Source of the DNA: a virus
Virus record (IMG/VR): IMGVR_UViG_3300050498_000023
Coordinates: 1-47,596 of that record
Strand: one strand, 5' to 3'
Length of the DNA stretch: 47,596 nucleotides
In this document: positions 46,743 to 47,596 of the stretch, piece by piece
Position numbering within the stretch: the stretch's first letter is position 1
Layout: the number at the start of each line of letters is the position of its first letter
Program-made: the position numbers and the translations under genes
The notes under the pieces: generated by a model
The model's database searches: none
The model's input: the letters and a program-made list of their open reading frames with translations, nothing else
Told to the model about the DNA's origin: nothing

Positions 46743-47596
46743 CTAGTCTTTCATCAACACATCCAATGTGCTCATCCCGCGCGGGATATCACTCGCCTTC
46801 TTGTATTTTCCACTAGAGGGGGCCTGTGGACGGCCGGGCGTAATTGGACCCTTTTTCTCGGGTCTTTCTTCTTCTTCACGATCTTCTGAATCTGCGCGTC
46901 TACCTAAGCCTCTAAGCGCGTCGTTTCGTGCCTTTTTTATCACACTAGGCAAAAGTGTTTTCGCTTTGCTTAGATACGCACTCTTAATTCTATCGGTGGA
47001 TTCTTTGTCAAATCCACTCTGAAATGCTTTCTCCCACAATCTGTCGAGCAGTCCACGAAATCTCACGTCTTTTGCCATGAGATTTTCGAGTGTTTCATGC
47101 GCCTCTTTCACCGCATGATTCTTCACGTAATCTGTCATCGTGCCACGCGGATCAATGTTCCCACTAATCGTCGCTGTAAGCACGTTATCAGCTTTAGTCT
47201 GCAAACTTTCCCGCGTAGACTCAAACTGACCATAAATTCTCTGCTGTTCTTGCTGTCTGTATTGCTGCTCTCTACTCTGTTCACGCGGGTCACTCTGTCT
47301 TGACAACGGAACAGGTGGAGCAAAATTCTGTGAACCAAATACAAACTGGTTCAGGACATTCGCCGCTGCTTGTAACGGCGCACCTTGTTCACCAAGTGCG
47401 CGACTTTCCTTAACCATCGTAATGATGGTGTCTTTTATCACGTTTCCGAGTACGTGATAGTATGCCTGTTGATCTACTCGTCGCAGCGTTGGAAGATAGT
47501 TATCGGCAATCCTGTAGAATGCTTCCTGATCCTCACTTTTCGCTGCCATTAGCACTGATGTGATGTCACCACTCATCACTTCAGCTTCTACGTTGT
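46743..47596 (-). CDS. Scaffolding-like protein, C-terminal part (continues upstream into 557..1 across the closure)
   Basis: The track ORF 46743..47579 has no stop upstream up to the window end. Bases 47470-47596 duplicate 1-127, where the same frame continues to the ATG at 557. Confidence 0.7.
   Translation of the reverse strand, partial: NVEAEVMSGDITSVLMAAKSEDQEAFYRIADNYLPTLRRVDQQAYYHVLGNVIKDTIITMVKESRALGEQGAPLQAAANVLNQFVFGSQNFAPPVPLSRQSDPREQSREQQYRQQEQQRIYGQFESTRESLQTKADNVLTATISGNIDPRGTMTDYVKNHAVKEAHETLENLMAKDVRFRGLLDRLWEKAFQSGFDKESTDRIKSAYLSKAKTLLPSVIKKARNDALRGLGRRADSEDREEEERPEKKGPITPGRPQAPSSGKYKKASDIPRGMSTLDVLMKD
47470..47596. repeat. Terminal direct repeat, copy 2
   Basis: Identical to 1-127. 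Confidence 0.95.

Noticed and set aside
1-47596. Search for tRNA, CRISPR arrays, reverse transcriptase (retron/DGR), integrase/excisionase and toxin-antitoxin pairs
   Set aside because: I saw no T-loop-like GGTTCGAATCC-type sequences in the intergenic regions. There are no regularly spaced repeats with spacers. No ORF has YxDD or tyrosine/serine recombinase motifs, and there is no template/variable repeat pair. All of these are reported as absent, within the limits of by-eye scanning.

Overview
The window is a complete dsDNA tailed-phage genome. Bases 1-127 recur exactly at 47470-47596, so the unique length is 47,469 bp (circular assembly or terminal redundancy), and one gene is split across the window ends. 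Two transcription arms diverge from a control region at about 11.04-11.60 kb and meet tail-to-tail at 28,035-28,038. The plus arm (11.6-28.0 kb) holds early and replication genes: a GC-rich two-gene cassette, many tiny zinc-ribbon, transmembrane and acidic proteins, a SprT-like::SNF2 helicase, a Cas4-like PD-(D/E)XK nuclease, a Sak4-like ATPase, an SSB-like protein, a cold-shock-domain protein, a UDG-like::family A DNA polymerase and a DUF3987-like protein. The minus arm runs 11.0 kb down to 0.5 kb, wraps, and continues from 47.5 kb down to 28.0 kb. It encodes an HTH protein, an IPT/TIG protein, a lipoprotein, a Met/Gln/Pro-rich protein, a T4 Pnk-like kinase domain, TerL, portal, scaffold-like protein and major capsid protein. 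These are followed by an inserted Endo VII-type nuclease, putative tail proteins, two collagen-like fibres, a GNAT-like protein and three large Gly-rich internal-virion-type proteins. I found no tRNA, CRISPR, integrase, phage RNA polymerase, tape measure, primase or recognisable endolysin. By inference this is a virulent podovirus-like phage transcribed from sigma70-type promoters; four candidates are given. The strongest candidate for something undescribed is the terminal 1559-aa virion-operon protein (28035-32714). It carries an unmistakable Hsp90/HtpG-type GHKL ATPase N-domain and an HExxH motif inside an AT-rich central cassette, flanked by glycine-zipper and hydrophobic segments, and it sits next to a GNAT-like gene. 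Together these look like an ejected effector module. Other leads are an orphan Pnk-like kinase beside TerL, a structured GC-rich leader or moron-like cassette, an iteron plus T-tract origin candidate, shared TACTAGTA operators, a conserved translation-initiation motif and a poly-acidic 62-aa protein. All family assignments come from motifs read by eye; no database search was run.
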